Shown: positions 8,688-18,414, counted from the first letter of the stretch. The stretch: 64,000 bases of DNA from an uncultured Mariniphaga sp. (GCA_964408795.1 CAYPAW010000058.1:7018-71017); one strand, 5' to 3'. Notes: generated by a model from the sequence alone, not told the origin. Numbers and translations: made by a program.

Positions 8688-10397
8688 ATGAAGCATTTTG
8701 TTTTTCTTTTTTTTCTGTTGGTGATTTTCCAGGCTGCTTCCCAGGAATGTTTTTTCTCGGAGCCCGTGAGAATTCCCCTTCAGTTATCCGGCAGTTTTGC
8801 AGAATTGCGGTCCGATCATTTTCATTCGGGAATTGATATTCGTACGCAAGGCAAAACCGGATTGCCTGTATATGCGGCTGCCGACGGATATATATCCCGG
8901 GTGGTTGTGTCGCCCACAGGCTTCGGTCATGCCCTTTATATTGACCATCCCAACGGAACAACGACTGTGTACGGACACCTGGAGAGCTTCCGGGAACCCC
9001 TGGCTTCCTGGGTAAAAGATCTTCAGTATCAAAAGGAAAGCTTCTCTCTGGATGTGTCACCCCCACCCGGAAAATTTCCGGTCACCCCAAATACCATGAT
9101 CGCCCGGAGTGGGAACAGCGGAAGCTCCGGAGGACCCCACCTCCATTTTGAGATCCGGGACCAAAAAACCCAGGACCCCCTGAATCCACTGAATTTTATT
9201 CATCCGGTGGAAGACCATAAAGCACCGGAAATCCTGAGTCTCGCCATCTATCCCCTGGATGAGCATTCCCACGTGTTTTTTACCCCCCGCACAAACCGCT
9301 ACGACGTAGTCTTTTATGACGGGAAATACCATCTGAAGAAAAATCCGGTGATCCCCCTTCACGGGAAAATAGGCTTCGGTATAGAATCCATCGACTATCT
9401 GGATGCCAACTGGAGCCGTTGCGGAATCAACTCCCTGGAACTTACAATCGACGGGGAAAGTCACGTTTTCCTTGACCTGAACCGCTTCGCATTTGCACAA
9501 ACAAGATACCTGAATAGCCTGATCGATTATGCCTACTTTAAAAGCCATAGAAAACGGTTCTACAAAACATGGAAAGATTCCGGAAACAAGCTGGACATCT
9601 ATACACTCCGGAACCATGACGGCTCCCTCCAGTTCAACGACAACCAAAACCATACCGTTGAACTGCAGGTTAAAGATTCTTATGGCAATACCTCGGTCCT
9701 CGAGTTTACCGTAAAAAGTGTGTTCCAAGAGATCAACAAACCGGAGGGAAAAGGGTTTCAGCGGTTTTATCACCATCAAATCAACACCTTTGAAGCCGAA
9801 GGAGTCCGGTTGGTATGCCCCGAAAATGCTTTCTATACCGATTTTGATTTTGTGTATGACATCCGGTATCAAAACGATCATCCGGATTTCTTTTCCGACA
9901 TCCACAAAATACACAGAAATACAACGCCTGTGCATAGCTCCCTCCAACTGTTTATAAAACCCAAAAGTCTTCCTTCCCCGCTGGAGAACAAAGCGCTGAT
10001 CGTCATCGTAGATGAAAAAACCGGGAAAGCAGGTTCTGCCGGAGGATCGTTTGCTTCTCCCTATGTTATTGCGAATATCCGGGCCTTCGGAAGTTATGCC
10101 GTGGCTGTGGATACCCTCCCACCCTCCATAAAACCGTTAAGTATCAGAGGACAAAATACCCTGACAGAGAGTGCCCGGATCCGCTTCCGGATCGATGACG
10201 ACCTGTCGGGCATCAAAAACTACCGGGGAACCATCGATAACCAGTGGGTCCTTTTTGAATACGACGCAAAAAACAACCTGATAGTATATACTTTCGACAG
10301 CGAAAGACTGGAATTTAATAAGAATCATCACCTTAAGCTGGTCGTCAGCGATCAAAAAAATAACATGGCTGTGTATGAAGCTGCTTTTTATAAATAG
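8688..10397 (+). CDS. M23 family metallopeptidase
   Basis: Signal peptide; HFHSGIDI, PVYAAADGYI and GNSGSSGGPHLHFEIR motifs. Confidence 0.9.
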   Translation: MKHFVFLFFLLVIFQAASQECFFSEPVRIPLQLSGSFAELRSDHFHSGIDIRTQGKTGLPVYAAADGYISRVVVSPTGFGHALYIDHPNGTTTVYGHLESFREPLASWVKDLQYQKESFSLDVSPPPGKFPVTPNTMIARSGNSGSSGGPHLHFEIRDQKTQDPLNPLNFIHPVEDHKAPEILSLAIYPLDEHSHVFFTPRTNRYDVVFYDGKYHLKKNPVIPLHGKIGFGIESIDYLDANWSRCGINSLELTIDGESHVFLDLNRFAFAQTRYLNSLIDYAYFKSHRKRFYKTWKDSGNKLDIYTLRNHDGSLQFNDNQNHTVELQVKDSYGNTSVLEFTVKSVFQEINKPEGKGFQRFYHHQINTFEAEGVRLVCPENAFYTDFDFVYDIRYQNDHPDFFSDIHKIHRNTTPVHSSLQLFIKPKSLPSPLENKALIVIVDEKTGKAGSAGGSFASPYVIANIRAFGSYAVAVDTLPPSIKPLSIRGQNTLTESARIRFRIDDDLSGIKNYRGTIDNQWVLFEYDAKNNLIVYTFDSERLEFNKNHHLKLVVSDQKNNMAVYEAAFYK

Positions 10398-10471
10398 AGG
10401 ATCAATGAATCAAAATGGATCAATGCAGATCCATGCAAGTAAATGAACCAGGAGTAATCAGTTACAAGTCA

Positions 10472-10514
10472 GATGTTCGGATTTTTAGATTTTTAGATAT
10501 TCAGATATTCAGAC
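10472..10514. repeat. Tandem 8-mer array GATNTTNR x5 (gatgttcg gattttta gattttta gatattca gatattca gac)
   Basis: Read directly; same unit and orientation as 2650-2717; lies 75 nt after the stop at 10397. Confidence 0.9.
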
Positions 10515-10543
10515 AAACCGTTAACCACTCCCCTATTCCCCAT

Positions 10544-10571
10544 TTTTCACTTTTCACTTTTCACTTTTCAT
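10544..10571. repeat. Heptamer array TTTTCAC x3 + TTTTCAT
   Basis: Read directly. It continues into a pyrimidine-rich block (about 10575-10623) that is the reverse complement of 2722-2770. Confidence 0.85.
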
Positions 10572-10719
10572 TTTCTTCCCTTTCCCCTGTTCCACTCTTC
10601 CACCTTATCACTTTTCCTGGCTCCTGATACCTGGTTCCGCTTTTTTTCATTTTTTTTCTTCTTCCGTTCATGTTTTCCCGGAACATAGGTTTTATCATTT
10701 CTGGTATATATGAAATGAT

Positions 10720-10727
10720 TATATTTG
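10720..10727 (+). promoter_or_regulatory. -7 box TATATTTG
   Basis: Exact TAnnTTTG match, 35 nt upstream of ATG 10762. Confidence 0.4.
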
Positions 10728-10761
10728 TTGCTCATCGAAAACTTTTAAAACAGCATTAAAA

Positions 10762-12444
10762 ATGAGAAAACGATTGTTTGGATTCCTGCTGATGACCGCA
10801 GCACTGCTTTTTTTACAGGTACAATCTGTCAACAGTTGTACGAATTTCCTGGTTACCAAAGGAGCTTCGGTGGATGGTTCCACGCTGATCACCTATGCAG
10901 CTGACTCACACACCCTTTATGGAGAACTGTATCACTGGCCGGCAGCCGACTACCCGGAAGGCTCAATGTTGCAGATCTATGAATGGGATACCGGGAAACA
11001 CCTGGGCGAGATACCTCAGGTACCCCATACCTACAGTGTGATTGGGAACATCAACGAGTACCAGGTAGCCATCGGAGAAACCACCTATGGAGGACGAAAG
11101 GAGTTGAGCAGTCAGCCGGGAGCCATTATGGATTACGGAAGCCTCATCTATGTTGCTCTTCAGAGAGCCAGAACAGCCCGTGAAGCCATTGAGGTGATGA
11201 CCTCCCTGGTTGAGGAGTACGGGTATTCCAGCTCAGGCGAATCCTTTTCCATTTCGGATCCTGAGGAGGTGTGGATCCTGGAAATGATCGGAAAAGGAGA
11301 AAGCAGCAAAGGAGCCGTATGGGTAGCTCTCAGGATCCCCGACGGCTACATCAGCGGGCATGCCAACCAGGCCCGGATCACTACTTTCCCGTTGGATGAC
11401 TCCCGGAATTGTCTCTATTCAAAAGATGTGATCTCCTTTGCACGCGAAAAAGGATGGTTCAATGGGAAAAACAAGGATTTCAGTTTCTCGGATGTGTATG
11501 CACCGGTAGACTTCTCGGGAGCCCGCTTCTGCGATGCACGTGTATGGGCCGGATTTAACAAAGTGGCCTCAGGAATGGATCCGTACGAAGAATATGCACT
11601 TGGACACATCGAACGGGGCGGGGAAAACAACTTCCCGACAAACCGTCTGCCCCTATGGATCAAACCCGATAAGAAACTGTCTGTTCAGGATGTGATGGAT
11701 ATGATGCGCGACCATTTTGAAGGCACCAAACTGGATATGACACAAGATGTCGGCGCCGGTCCCTTTGAACTGCCTTACCGGTGGAGAAATTTAACCTGGG
11801 AGGTCGACGGCGAAACCTACATCAATGAACGAGCCATATCCACTCAGCAAACAGGTTTTTCCTTTGTAACCCAAAGCCGGAGCTGGTTGCCTGATCCTAT
11901 TGGCGGAATCATCTGGTTCGGCGTAGATGACTCCTACAGCTCCTGCTATGTCCCTATGTATTGCGGAATCACAAAAGTACCCGAATGTTTTGCCGTTGGA
12001 AACGGGGACCTACTGACCTACAGCGAAACTTCGGCATTCTGGACGTTTAACTACGTAGCAAACCTCGCCTACCTGCGGTATAACGATATGATCACGGATA
12101 TTCAAAAAGTTCAAAAAACCCTGGAAAATCAGTTTGTTGCCTACATACCGGTGATCGATAAAGCCGCCAAAGCCCTCTACAACGAATCAGGAGCCGACAA
12201 AGCCAGGGAATTCATCACCTGGTATTCGGTAAACGAAGCCAACAATACAACGAAAAAGTGGAAAGATCTGGGACATTACCTCCTCGTAAAGTATATGGAC
12301 GGCAATATAAAACGTGAAAAAGACGGAGAATTTGAACGATCCGAAACAGGGTTGCCCGTATATCCCCTCTTTGAGGGATACCCCGAATGGTGGTATAAAC
12401 TGATCGTGGAAAAAACCGGGAATCATTTGAAAGTGGCCGAATAA
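10762..12444 (+). CDS. C69 family dipeptidase
   Basis: Signal peptide ending in the catalytic Cys (VNSCTNFLVTKGASVDGSTLITYAADSH); length and pattern are typical of peptidase family C69. Confidence 0.85.
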   Translation: MRKRLFGFLLMTAALLFLQVQSVNSCTNFLVTKGASVDGSTLITYAADSHTLYGELYHWPAADYPEGSMLQIYEWDTGKHLGEIPQVPHTYSVIGNINEYQVAIGETTYGGRKELSSQPGAIMDYGSLIYVALQRARTAREAIEVMTSLVEEYGYSSSGESFSISDPEEVWILEMIGKGESSKGAVWVALRIPDGYISGHANQARITTFPLDDSRNCLYSKDVISFAREKGWFNGKNKDFSFSDVYAPVDFSGARFCDARVWAGFNKVASGMDPYEEYALGHIERGGENNFPTNRLPLWIKPDKKLSVQDVMDMMRDHFEGTKLDMTQDVGAGPFELPYRWRNLTWEVDGETYINERAISTQQTGFSFVTQSRSWLPDPIGGIIWFGVDDSYSSCYVPMYCGITKVPECFAVGNGDLLTYSETSAFWTFNYVANLAYLRYNDMITDIQKVQKTLENQFVAYIPVIDKAAKALYNESGADKAREFITWYSVNEANNTTKKWKDLGHYLLVKYMDGNIKREKDGEFERSETGLPVYPLFEGYPEWWYKLIVEKTGNHLKVAE

Positions 12445-12630
12445 AGATCAATAAATCAATACGGAGTAAGGGGATTCATGTTCTTTAGACTCGTAATTTT
12501 TGACCCGAAGCTGGTTCATGGTTCCTGACTTTTCACTATTCATCTTACCCCCTTTTCCCCTTCTCCTTCCATTTTTTAATTTTTCATACCTTTATAATTG
12601 TTTATTTTCAAAGGCATCATATGTAACTCG

Positions 12631-12652
12631 CATCCCGATAGCTATCGGGATG
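12631..12652. repeat. Perfect 22-nt palindrome catcccgatag/ctatcgggatg
   Basis: Read directly. Member of the CCCGAT..ATCGGG intergenic palindrome set (also 20961-20982, 54810-54827, 62716-62731). Confidence 0.9.
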
Positions 12653-12726
12653 AATCATACTCGTTTCATTTCTCCTGTCAGGGAATACGTTCTTTCTTTA
12701 CATCGGCATGATCCATCCCAAAAAGA

Positions 12727-12756
12727 TTTGCCGTATCAAAAAAAATATTAATTTTG
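12727..12756 (+). promoter_or_regulatory. rplS promoter candidate: -33 TTTG (12727-12730), 18-nt spacer, -7 TAATTTTG (12749-12756)
   Basis: Both Bacteroides-type elements are present with plausible spacing, 69 nt upstream of ATG 12825. The leader contains a ttacac/gtgtaa hairpin. Confidence 0.5.
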
Positions 12757-12824
12757 CGGCCGGTTTAAAGCAATCTCTTACACAAAAAAGTGTAACATTG
12801 CCACAATTAAAAAATTACTGAGCG

Positions 12825-13175
12825 ATGGATTTAATAAAAGTAGCAGAAAGTGCTTTCGGCATTGAGAACAAGTTACCTGAGAATGTGAGGGCAGGCGATA
12901 CCATCACGGTACACTATAAAATTACAGAAGGAAACAAAGAGCGAATCCAGAACTTCCGGGGTGTCGTTATTCAGATCAAAGGAAAAGGGAACACCAAAAC
13001 CTTTACTGTACGAAAAATTTCGGGAAATATCGGTGTAGAAAGAGTTTTCCCGGTGGGATCTCCGTCGATTCACGGCATTGACATAAACAAACGGGGACAT
13101 GTACGCAGAAAAAGAATCTTTTACCTGCGGAAGCTTACAGGCAAAAAAGCACGTATCAAAGAAAAAAGATATTAA
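12825..13175 (+). CDS. rplS: 50S ribosomal protein L19
   Basis: [26 protein letters not shown]...[18 protein letters not shown]...RRKRIFYLR. Confidence 0.97.
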   Translation: MDLIKVAESAFGIENKLPENVRAGDTITVHYKITEGNKERIQNFRGVVIQIKGKGNTKTFTVRKISGNIGVERVFPVGSPSIHGIDINKRGHVRRKRIFYLRKLTGKKARIKEKRY

Positions 13176-13309
13176 TTCGTTACACTACCTGGCGAGAGTT
13201 GCAATGAGATTCCGTTGTTATGGTTATTCACTCGCTTCCCCCGCGTTAATTCTTACAAAAGAAAATCAATGTAGATCCATATAGGTCTATGGGATCAGTG
13301 TAATTAATA

Positions 13310-13365
13310 GAGCCAGGAACCAAGAACCAGGAGCCAGGAATCAGTAACCAGGAACCAGGAACCAA
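13310..13365. repeat. Heptamer array x8: gagccag gaaccaa gaaccag gagccag gaatcag taaccag gaaccag gaaccaa
   Basis: Read directly; contains five CCAGGA cores; starts 135 nt after the rplS stop. Confidence 0.9.
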
Positions 13366-13428
13366 TTGCACGTATCAAGGTATGAGATAAAAATCTGAAA
13401 AACTGACAACCGATTCAGTGACACCCAG

Positions 13429-13463
13429 CTTTCAGGATCCGGCATCTGCCGGAGAACTGAAAG
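13429..13463. other. Compound 14-bp hairpin between convergent rplS and floA
   Basis: ctttcag (13429-35) pairs with ctgaaag (13457-63), and tccggca (13438-44) pairs with tgccgga (13447-53). There is no U-tract on either strand. Confidence 0.6.
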
Positions 13464-13530
13464 GTGATGGTGGAACAAACAACCGTCAATCGACTCAACT
13501 TTTCAATGAGATCCTCTTGCTTACTTTACT

Positions 13531-14508
13531 CTATTCCTCTTTTCTTTTTTCTTCTTCCCCGGATATGGAGTCCCGCATGGAAGTATCAGCCATTATATTT
13601 TTATATTTCATATAATCCATAACTCCGAGGTTTCCTGCTTTAAAGGCTTCTGAAATAGCCAGTGGCACCTGAACTTCAGCTTCAATTACTTTAGCCCGGG
13701 CTTCCTGAGCTTTGGCTTTCATTTCCTGTTCGAGTGCTACGGCCATGGCTCTTCGTTCTTCAGCTTTAGCCTGTGCAATATTTTTATCGGCTTCTGCCTG
13801 GTCCATTTGAAGCACAGCGCCAATATTCTTACCAATATCCATATCGGCAATATCTATGGAAAGGATTTCAAAAGCTGTACCTGCATCGAGACCTTTTTCC
13901 AGTACGACCCTGGATATAGAGTCTGGATTCTCGAGTACTGTTTTATGGGAATGAGAAGATCCGATTGAGGAAACAATTCCTTCGCCCACACGGGCCAGCA
14001 CCGTTTCTTCGCCAGCCCCGCCGACCAGTTGCCTGATGTTGGCCCGGACGGTTACCCTGGCTTTGGCGATCAGCTGAATCCCATCCTTCGCTACAGCGGT
14101 CACCGGAGGAGTATTGATCACTTTCGGATTTACCGACATCTGAACCGCTTCAAATACATCCCGTCCGGCCAGGTCAATAGCTGTGGCCATCTTAAAAGAC
14201 AGATCAATGTTTGCTTTGGATGCCGAAACCAAGGCATGTACCACATTGTCTACATGACCTCCGGCCAGGTAGTGCGCTTCCAAATCATCACGATTCAAGC
14301 TGACACCCGCTTTGGTTCCTTCAATCAAAGCCCGCACAATAACCCCCGGAGGAACTTTCCTGAAACGCATCAGAAAAAGCTGAAGCAAAGAAATGCGTAC
14401 TCCTGAAACCAACGCCGAAAACCACAAGCCTATTGGAATAAAATACAAAATGATAATTAAAAGGACAATGACTCCAATGATCATGCCCCATGCACCAATT
14501 GATTCCAT
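13531..14508 (-). CDS. floA: Flotillin-like protein FloA (UPF0365/YqfA)
   Basis: N-terminal TM segment followed by [25 protein letters not shown] and an SPFH-like body. Confidence 0.9.
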   Translation of the reverse strand: MESIGAWGMIIGVIVLLIIILYFIPIGLWFSALVSGVRISLLQLFLMRFRKVPPGVIVRALIEGTKAGVSLNRDDLEAHYLAGGHVDNVVHALVSASKANIDLSFKMATAIDLAGRDVFEAVQMSVNPKVINTPPVTAVAKDGIQLIAKARVTVRANIRQLVGGAGEETVLARVGEGIVSSIGSSHSHKTVLENPDSISRVVLEKGLDAGTAFEILSIDIADMDIGKNIGAVLQMDQAEADKNIAQAKAEERRAMAVALEQEMKAKAQEARAKVIEAEVQVPLAISEAFKAGNLGVMDYMKYKNIMADTSMRDSISGEEEKRKEE

Positions 14509-14514
14509 GATTTC

Positions 14515-14982
14515 TTATTTTTTAGGTTCAACAATTACACTATTTAATAAAACTTTAACCACTACTATTTTCGTCCCCTGATCGATAAATAGCCCGTTGG
14601 ATTTGGCTTCTATCGTTTCCCCCTTTATCTTCACCTTCCCCATCGGATTCAGGCGTCCCAGGGTGATCCCGGAATCTCCGGGTTGTATTTTTTCATGCAG
14701 AAAAGTTTCCACTTTGCCGGTAATCTGTGTTTCAAGCAACATTTTTTTTCCGGCTTTCGATTTGAAAAAGTAATAAAACATCGCAGGAGACGCTATCAGA
14801 ACAAAAGCCAGCGCGATAAATCCTGCTACCGTTCCGTATTGTACAAATGCAATATAAACACTGATCCCCAACAAGACAAAACCACCAATCCCTGCGATGG
14901 TTATTCCCGGAATAACAGCAAATTCAATCAATAAAAGCAATAATCCCAGAAAAATCAACAGAATAATTACAAACAAGCTCAT
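14515..14982 (-). CDS. NfeD family membrane protein
   Basis: 3-4 TM helices plus a C-terminal OB-like domain (GKVKIKGETIEAKSNG..IDQGTKIVVVKV); directly upstream of floA, as in yqeZ-yqfA pairs. Confidence 0.8.
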   Translation of the reverse strand: MSLFVIILLIFLGLLLLLIEFAVIPGITIAGIGGFVLLGISVYIAFVQYGTVAGFIALAFVLIASPAMFYYFFKSKAGKKMLLETQITGKVETFLHEKIQPGDSGITLGRLNPMGKVKIKGETIEAKSNGLFIDQGTKIVVVKVLLNSVIVEPKK

Positions 14983-14988
14983 CCCGGT

Positions 14989-15267
14989 TTAATTAATGGT
15001 TGCTTTTAGTTCCCTTTCAATCAATGCCTCTTTTAAAGGAATCAGGCTTTCCTTTTTGCCCTTTCGGATTTCACAGCTTCCTTTGTAATGGGTGATTATC
15101 GTGCTCTGCACCGCCTGTAAATAATCATGTTCGCATATTTCAATCAAGGCGCCAATCACATATTCAAAGGAGTGAATATCATCGTTATGGAGTATCAGGA
15201 ATTGATCGTTGAGGGCAGCGTTGTCCAACGATCTATCCGGATCTCTTTTAATCTGTTTTGATGTCAT
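14989..15267 (-). CDS. clpS: ATP-dependent Clp protease adaptor ClpS
   Basis: LILHNDDIHSFEYVIGALIEICEHDYLQAVQSTIITHYKGSCEI. Confidence 0.85.
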   Translation of the reverse strand: MTSKQIKRDPDRSLDNAALNDQFLILHNDDIHSFEYVIGALIEICEHDYLQAVQSTIITHYKGSCEIRKGKKESLIPLKEALIERELKATIN

Positions 15268-16703
15268 TTGCTATTCAGTATTTCTTTTGCTTCATTGATG
15301 GTTATCCGTTTGCCGTCCCGGTAGGCTACAACAAAGGCATCTTTAACTCCTTCCTGTCTCACTTGTTCCTGCATCTGTACAGCATCTTCAAAGGTAGTTA
15401 AATTTCCTGTAGTATACACCGTCACCCCCCGGTCATCGGTGTACGAATCAATATCCCGTATCAGGGACAGCTTTTTATACAGCCGGTCAATGTATTCCGG
15501 GAGACTCCGGCTGTAAGCTCCTATTTGGATCTTAAATACGATTTCCGCGGTTTTTTGTTTTTCCGTCTCACGGGTTTTCCGGGGTTTTTCCGGGGGGGGT
15601 AATTCCACGGGAATATCTTCTTCCGGAGGCTCGACCCTCACTGCTTTCTTCTCATCCAATTGCTGCTTTAAGGAACGGATTTCCTGTGTAAAAAGGACTG
15701 TTTCCTCTACCCCCACACTATCCCAATATGCCTGTTCCAGCCGGCGTGCTTCTGCGTAAGCCTGGTCGACCTGTTCCTTCAAGGACAAAGACTCCTGTTC
15801 CAGCGACAGGATCTTTTGCGTTAAAGCCTCCCGGAGGGTAGGCGTACTGCTGTAAAGAGCACGCAAGGAATCGGATGCAGCCATGCTTCGCCTCAGGCGT
15901 TCCCCGGCTTCCTGACCCTCCCGGAAGAATTCCAGCGCCCGGGGTCTCCTGAAATGCTCCGGAAAAAGGTACGCAATCGCTGAACTTACCTGAAAATGAA
16001 TCCGCTCAAAAGAGGGCTCTCCGGCTTCTGTAACCGCTTCCTCCTCTTCCGAAGGATTGCTTTCAACCGAATGGTCGACCGGTGTATCTTCCGATTCTTC
16101 TGAAAGATTGCTTTCAACCGGATGATCGACCGGTGTATCTTCCGCCTCTTCTGAAAAATTGCTTTCAGCCGGATGGTCGACCGGTGTATCCTCCGAATGC
16201 TGAACAGTTTCCGAAAAAGAGGATCCACGCAACGAATCTCCCGGGGGAGCATTCACCTGATCAGTACAATACTGAATCCTTTCCTCAACATTCACCGATT
16301 CCTTTTCTTCATCGGTTCCATAGTTTTTAAACCGGTTGTAATATTTAATGGCTGAATTCCAAAGCTCCTGACTCTGAAAATACATCCCTACATAGTAGAA
16401 TATCTTATCGGGGGTATTCCCCGATACCGCCTTTAATAAATACTGATTTGTTTCATCCGTAAAAATACCCTGTTCAGCCAGGCAGACTCCGTAATAATAA
16501 TTCAGCATGCTGTTTTGAGGATCCCGGGCCAGGAACTTTTCAAAATAGGAAGCCGCTTGTATGAACTCTCCGGAATCAAAAAGCTGAACCGCATAGTCCA
16601 GGCTGTCCTCCTGAGGAATTGCCTCAACCGAACTGTATGCAGATACCGCCATTAAACAGGCAACAGAGGTGATCGCATAAAATATCTTTACTGTAACCTT
16701 CAT
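15264..16703 (-). CDS. TPR plus SPOR-like domain protein with acidic 17-aa repeats
   Basis: Likely start is MKVTVKIFYAITSVACLMAVSAYS (ATG at 16703). It has N-terminal TPR-like helices and a C-terminal SPOR-like fold (FKIQIGAYS ... AFVVAYRDGKRI). It overlaps the clpS start by 4 nt. Confidence 0.7.
   Translation of the reverse strand: MKVTVKIFYAITSVACLMAVSAYSSVEAIPQEDSLDYAVQLFDSGEFIQAASYFEKFLARDPQNSMLNYYYGVCLAEQGIFTDETNQYLLKAVSGNTPDKIFYYVGMYFQSQELWNSAIKYYNRFKNYGTDEEKESVNVEERIQYCTDQVNAPPGDSLRGSSFSETVQHSEDTPVDHPAESNFSEEAEDTPVDHPVESNLSEESEDTPVDHSVESNPSEEEEAVTEAGEPSFERIHFQVSSAIAYLFPEHFRRPRALEFFREGQEAGERLRRSMAASDSLRALYSSTPTLREALTQKILSLEQESLSLKEQVDQAYAEARRLEQAYWDSVGVEETVLFTQEIRSLKQQLDEKKAVRVEPPEEDIPVELPPPEKPRKTRETEKQKTAEIVFKIQIGAYSRSLPEYIDRLYKKLSLIRDIDSYTDDRGVTVYTTGNLTTFEDAVQMQEQVRQEGVKDAFVVAYRDGKRITINEAKEILNSK
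16055..16207. repeat. 51-bp tandem repeat x3 inside the SPOR-protein gene
   Basis: Unit starts at 16055, 16106 and 16157 (gattgctttcaaccg...). It encodes EDTPVDHP(A/V)ESN(F/L/P)SEE(A/S/E) x3. Confidence 0.85.
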
Positions 16704-16836
16704 GTTTCCGTTCGTACAACAAGTCGCGTATGGAAACATAAAATTACAAAAATTGTGCAAAGCACGTCTGTTTGACAAAGAATCATTTTTTTTCTATTGA
16801 ATTCCGTGATACCCATTAATTTCTTTCAGATTAACG

Positions 16837-16844
16837 TATATTTG
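16837..16844 (+). promoter_or_regulatory. -7 box TATATTTG
   Basis: Exact TAnnTTTG match, 48 nt upstream of bcp ATG 16892. Confidence 0.4.
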
Positions 16845-16891
16845 TAGATCATGCGCTGAAAAACCAGGACTTAACGATAGAACAGATTCAT

Positions 16892-17353
16892 ATGAAATTA
16901 ATGGAAGGAGATAAAGCCCCCTTTTTCAAGGGATTCAATCAGGACGGCAAATGGATCAGTCTGGACGATTTTAAGGGGAAAAAGCTGATTCTTTATTTTT
17001 ATCCAAAGGATAATACACCCGGGTGCACGGCGGAATCGTGCGATCTGAGTGATCATTATTCTTTTTGGATAGAAAAAGGATACGACGTGGTGGGTATTAG
17101 TCCCGACAGTGTAACCTCCCATAAGAAATTTGCTGAGAAATACGATTTCCGGTTTAATCTGATTGCGGATCCTGAAAAGGAAATCCTGAAGGCTTACGGG
17201 GTCTGGGGAGAGAAAAAAATGTACGGACGAACCACCCTGGGCGTACTGCGTACAACCTTTCTTCTGAATGAAGCGGGAATCATAGAAAAGATTGTAGACA
17301 AAGTGAAAACCAGGGAACATAGTGGTCAGATCATTGGATTAATCAACCTATAA
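16892..17353 (+). CDS. bcp: Thioredoxin-dependent thiol peroxidase (peroxiredoxin Q/BCP)
   Basis: YFYPKDNTPGCTAESCDL active-site motif; 153 aa. Confidence 0.9.
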   Translation: MKLMEGDKAPFFKGFNQDGKWISLDDFKGKKLILYFYPKDNTPGCTAESCDLSDHYSFWIEKGYDVVGISPDSVTSHKKFAEKYDFRFNLIADPEKEILKAYGVWGEKKMYGRTTLGVLRTTFLLNEAGIIEKIVDKVKTREHSGQIIGLINL

Positions 17354-17368
17354 TTAAAATCAAAAGAT

Positions 17369-18391
17369 ATGGCAAACCAGGACCAGACACAAATGAACAA
17401 AGAAAAACTGAAAGCGCTTCAGTTAACGATGGACAAAATTGAGAAAAGCTATGGCAAGGGATCGATCATGCGGTTAGGCGATCAACCGGCCGAGAACATT
17501 GCGGCTATACCGTCCGGGTCTCTCGGGCTGGATATTGCGCTGGGCGTAGGCGGGTACCCCAAAGGACGCGTTATTGAGATCTATGGCCCGGAATCCTCAG
17601 GAAAAACAACCCTGGCGATCCATGCGGTGGCAGAAGCCCAAAAGGCAGGAGGCATTGCCGCTATTGTGGATGCTGAACATGCCTTTGATCCCTACTATGC
17701 CCAGAAACTGGGTGTCAACATTGCAGAACTGCTCATTTCACAACCAGACAATGGCGAACAGGCCCTTGAGATTGTCGATAACCTGGTACGATCGGGAGCC
17801 ATCGACATCATTGTGATTGACTCGGTAGCAGCCTTAACCCCCAAGGCTGAACTCGAAGGCGAAATGGGCGATTCACGCATGGGCCTCCAGGCCCGGTTGA
17901 TGTCTCAGGCTTTGAGAAAACTCACCGCCAATATCAGCAAAACAAAAACATGTTGTATTTTTATCAACCAGTTGCGTGAAAAAATCGGGGTTATGTTTGG
18001 AAATCCCGAAACAACCACCGGGGGGAATGCCCTGAAGTTCTATGCTTCCGTACGCCTCGATATACGCAGAATCGGTCAAATCAAAGAGGGCGAAGAGGTG
18101 CAGGGAAACAACGTCCGTGTAAAGGTGGTCAAAAACAAAGTAGCTCCTCCTTTCCGGAAAGCTGAATTTGACATCATGTATGGCGATGGAATATCCAAAA
18201 CCGGAGAAATCATCGACCTGGGCGTTCAGTATAACCTGATCAAAAAAAGCGGATCCTGGTTTAGCTATGGCGACTCCAAACTGGGCCAGGGCCGGGAAGC
18301 CGTGCGTAAACTTCTTATGGATAACCCCGAACTGGCTACCGAACTGGAAACAAAAATTCTGGAATCCATAACGGGACTAACAACGAAATAA
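17369..18391 (+). CDS. recA: Recombinase RecA
   Basis: [20 protein letters not shown] Walker A; IVIDSVAAL; [37 protein letters not shown]. Confidence 0.98.
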   Translation: MANQDQTQMNKEKLKALQLTMDKIEKSYGKGSIMRLGDQPAENIAAIPSGSLGLDIALGVGGYPKGRVIEIYGPESSGKTTLAIHAVAEAQKAGGIAAIVDAEHAFDPYYAQKLGVNIAELLISQPDNGEQALEIVDNLVRSGAIDIIVIDSVAALTPKAELEGEMGDSRMGLQARLMSQALRKLTANISKTKTCCIFINQLREKIGVMFGNPETTTGGNALKFYASVRLDIRRIGQIKEGEEVQGNNVRVKVVKNKVAPPFRKAEFDIMYGDGISKTGEIIDLGVQYNLIKKSGSWFSYGDSKLGQGREAVRKLLMDNPELATELETKILESITGLTTK

Positions 18392-18414
18392 CAACAATAC
18401 CAACGGCAGTGTGT

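Noticed and set aside
9057-9947. 296-aa ORF antisense to the M23 peptidase gene
   Set aside because: It lies entirely within a well-supported gene on the other strand and its composition is atypical (Cys/Phe/Val-rich with no motifs). The same reasoning rejects 1106-1693(-), 31536-32216(+), 39729-40475(-), 42144-42869(-), 43445-44041(-), 44891-45520(+), 24748-25254(+) and 58756-59334(+).
12500-12751. 83-aa ORF covering the palindrome (…RIPIAIGMNH…)
   Set aside because: It is made of the pyrimidine-rich repeat block plus the CCCGAT palindrome, overlaps the rplS promoter, and is not credible as a gene.
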